Shown here in pieces: positions 62,286 to 64,000 of a stretch of 64,000 nt of DNA. A program made the translations under genes and the position numbers. Location: assembly GCA_036785375.1 (NCBI GenBank), contig JAWMAR010000289.1, forward strand, positions 2,604,001 to 2,668,000, written 5' to 3'. Position 1 is the first letter of the stretch; each line of letters begins with the position of its first letter. The DNA comes from Leucoraja ocellata (Eukaryota). The notes below the pieces were generated by a model. The model made no database searches. It saw only the letters and a list, made by a program, of their open reading frames with translations, and was not told where the DNA came from.

Positions 62286-63114
62286 AGACTCTCTTGCACA
62301 ATAAGTGGTCCTGCAATGTAACACAATGCGGATTCAGTCCGCAAATTACGCAAAGTATTTCTTGCAGCCATAATGCATCTCTGCTTTAAGAGGAGCAGAC
62401 TGCCTTTAAGTAATGCTAACCATCCATTATATCAGGCCCCTTGCAAGGGTTGGTCTGGCTCAACCCAGCAGCCATATAAAGCAGCAGGCAACATGCACAT
62501 GATATGTTGCCTGTAATGGATTGAGCAGGCAATTCTGGGTTACAATTCCCACGCCTCATTTGGGGGTTGACTGATCCCCTCTCTTGTGTCATTTATGAGC
62601 AGGTTCCAGAAAATAAAATGATGATCACATTATCTGTGATACTCTTCAGGGTGGGGAATCTGCTCAGTCTGGTTGGCAGGTTACTTCAGGCCTATACTTT
62701 GCAGCCGATTCAATGTAATAAATACAGCCTTGTCAGTGCTGCTAAAGTCACGAGAACTGATAACTTGCCCTTCACCTTTGCTGCCAATGATCATTCTTCA
62801 CTAGTTTCTCTCACTCTCCTCACCGGCTCGGTATTTCTTTTTTTCTTTGAAGAAGCAGTGTCAAAAGGCCATCTGCTGTTACTAACTCTTTGGATGCCTG
62901 TTGATAATAAAATCACATTTCCCAAGGAATAGGATTTGGATGTCATTGGTCTCGTCCTGACTGTTGCTATTTCCACTCTGGCATCTGGTGACATTAATAG
63001 GACTCACAATAATAACTAAACATATTTTGAATAACTAGCTGGCAAACTAGGCATGAACTTTGAATCAATACCTTTGGTTATTTAAAAACCCATCAATCTC
63101 AGATTTAAAATCAA

Positions 63115-63416
63115 TTTAGACTTTAGACATACAGCATGGAACGAGGCTCTTTAACCCACCGAATTCGTGCTGACCAGCGATCACCACATACACTAGTTCT
63201 ATCCTATGCACTAAGGACTATTTATAATTTACAGAAGCCAATTAACCTATAAACCTGTATGTCTTTGGAATGTAGGAGGAAACAGGAGCATCCAGACAAA
63301 ACCCACGTGATCACAAGGAGAGCATACAAACTCAGCTCAGACAACACCCATAGTCCGGATCAAACCCGGCCTCTGGCACTATAAGGCAGCAACTCTACCA
63401 CTACACCACTGTGCAA
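63115..63416 (-). mobile_element. HE1-type SINE
   Basis: Same body as 3536-3855 and 9533-9820. Confidence 0.85.
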
Positions 63417-63577
63417 CCCACTGACATACTATCAAGAGTTGTTTGCAGAAGCATTCCCTGAATAGTTAGTGTCCCGTTCTTTTCTCCTCTTTCTATTCTC
63501 TCTAACATTGAAAATAACTTAACATGGGAACCTAGGATTATTTTGATAACATTGCAAAGCATTTGCTCTGAGCTAAC

Positions 63578-63960
63578 ATACAAAGAAACTTACAAAATTC
63601 TTAAGCGGTTGGACAGGCTAGATGCAGGAAGATTGTTCCCGATGTTGGGGAAGTCCAGAACAAGGGGTCACAGTTTAAGGATAAGGGGGAAGTCTTTTAG
63701 GACCGAGATGAGAAAAACATTTTTCACACAGAGAGTGGTGAATCTCTGGAATTCTCTGCCACAGAAGGTAGTTGAGGCCAGTTCATTGGCTATATTTAAG
63801 AGGGAGTTAGATGTGGCCCTTGTGGCAAAAGGGATCAGGGGGTGTGGAGAGAAGGCAGGTACAGGATACTGAGTTGAATGATCAGCCATGATCATATTGA
63901 ATGGCGGTGCAGGCTCAAAGGGCTGAATGGCCTACTCCTGCACCTATTTTCTATGTTTTT
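63578..63960 (+). mobile_element. CR1 LINE 3' end (young)
   Basis: ETYKILK.LDRLDAG..FPMLG.SRTRGHSLRIRG...QRVVNLWNSLPQ. Confidence 0.93.
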
Positions 63961-64000
63961 ACATCTGAGCCAAAGTACATGCCCCCAACTGCTCACAGTA

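Overview
Vertebrate genomic DNA, most likely from a cartilaginous fish such as a skate or ray. This is inferred from the repeat content: HE1-type tRNA SINEs, SacSINE/Deu-type SINEs, CR1 and Penelope. The only host protein-coding feature I can support is the first coding exon of an NHS-family gene (WAVE-homology domain, most like NHS) on the minus strand at 46034-46310. It lies in a CpG island next to a 539-N assembly gap. Positions 1-46033 are therefore probably intron 1, and positions above about 46700 are upstream intergenic sequence. The rest is transposon-rich: a decayed Penelope retroelement, about 20 short Penelope-terminus derivatives (many with a minimal hammerhead-ribozyme core, several as palindromes with ~13-bp TSDs), a TSD-flanked internally deleted RTE with a structured 5' leader, an internally deleted Tc1, four Harbinger-type MITEs, a 31-bp micro-MITE, and many CR1 and SINE fragments. 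Almost all ORFs in the supplied track are spurious or transposon remnants. Family names come from recalled consensus features, not database searches, and repeat boundaries are approximate unless a TSD or TIR is quoted.
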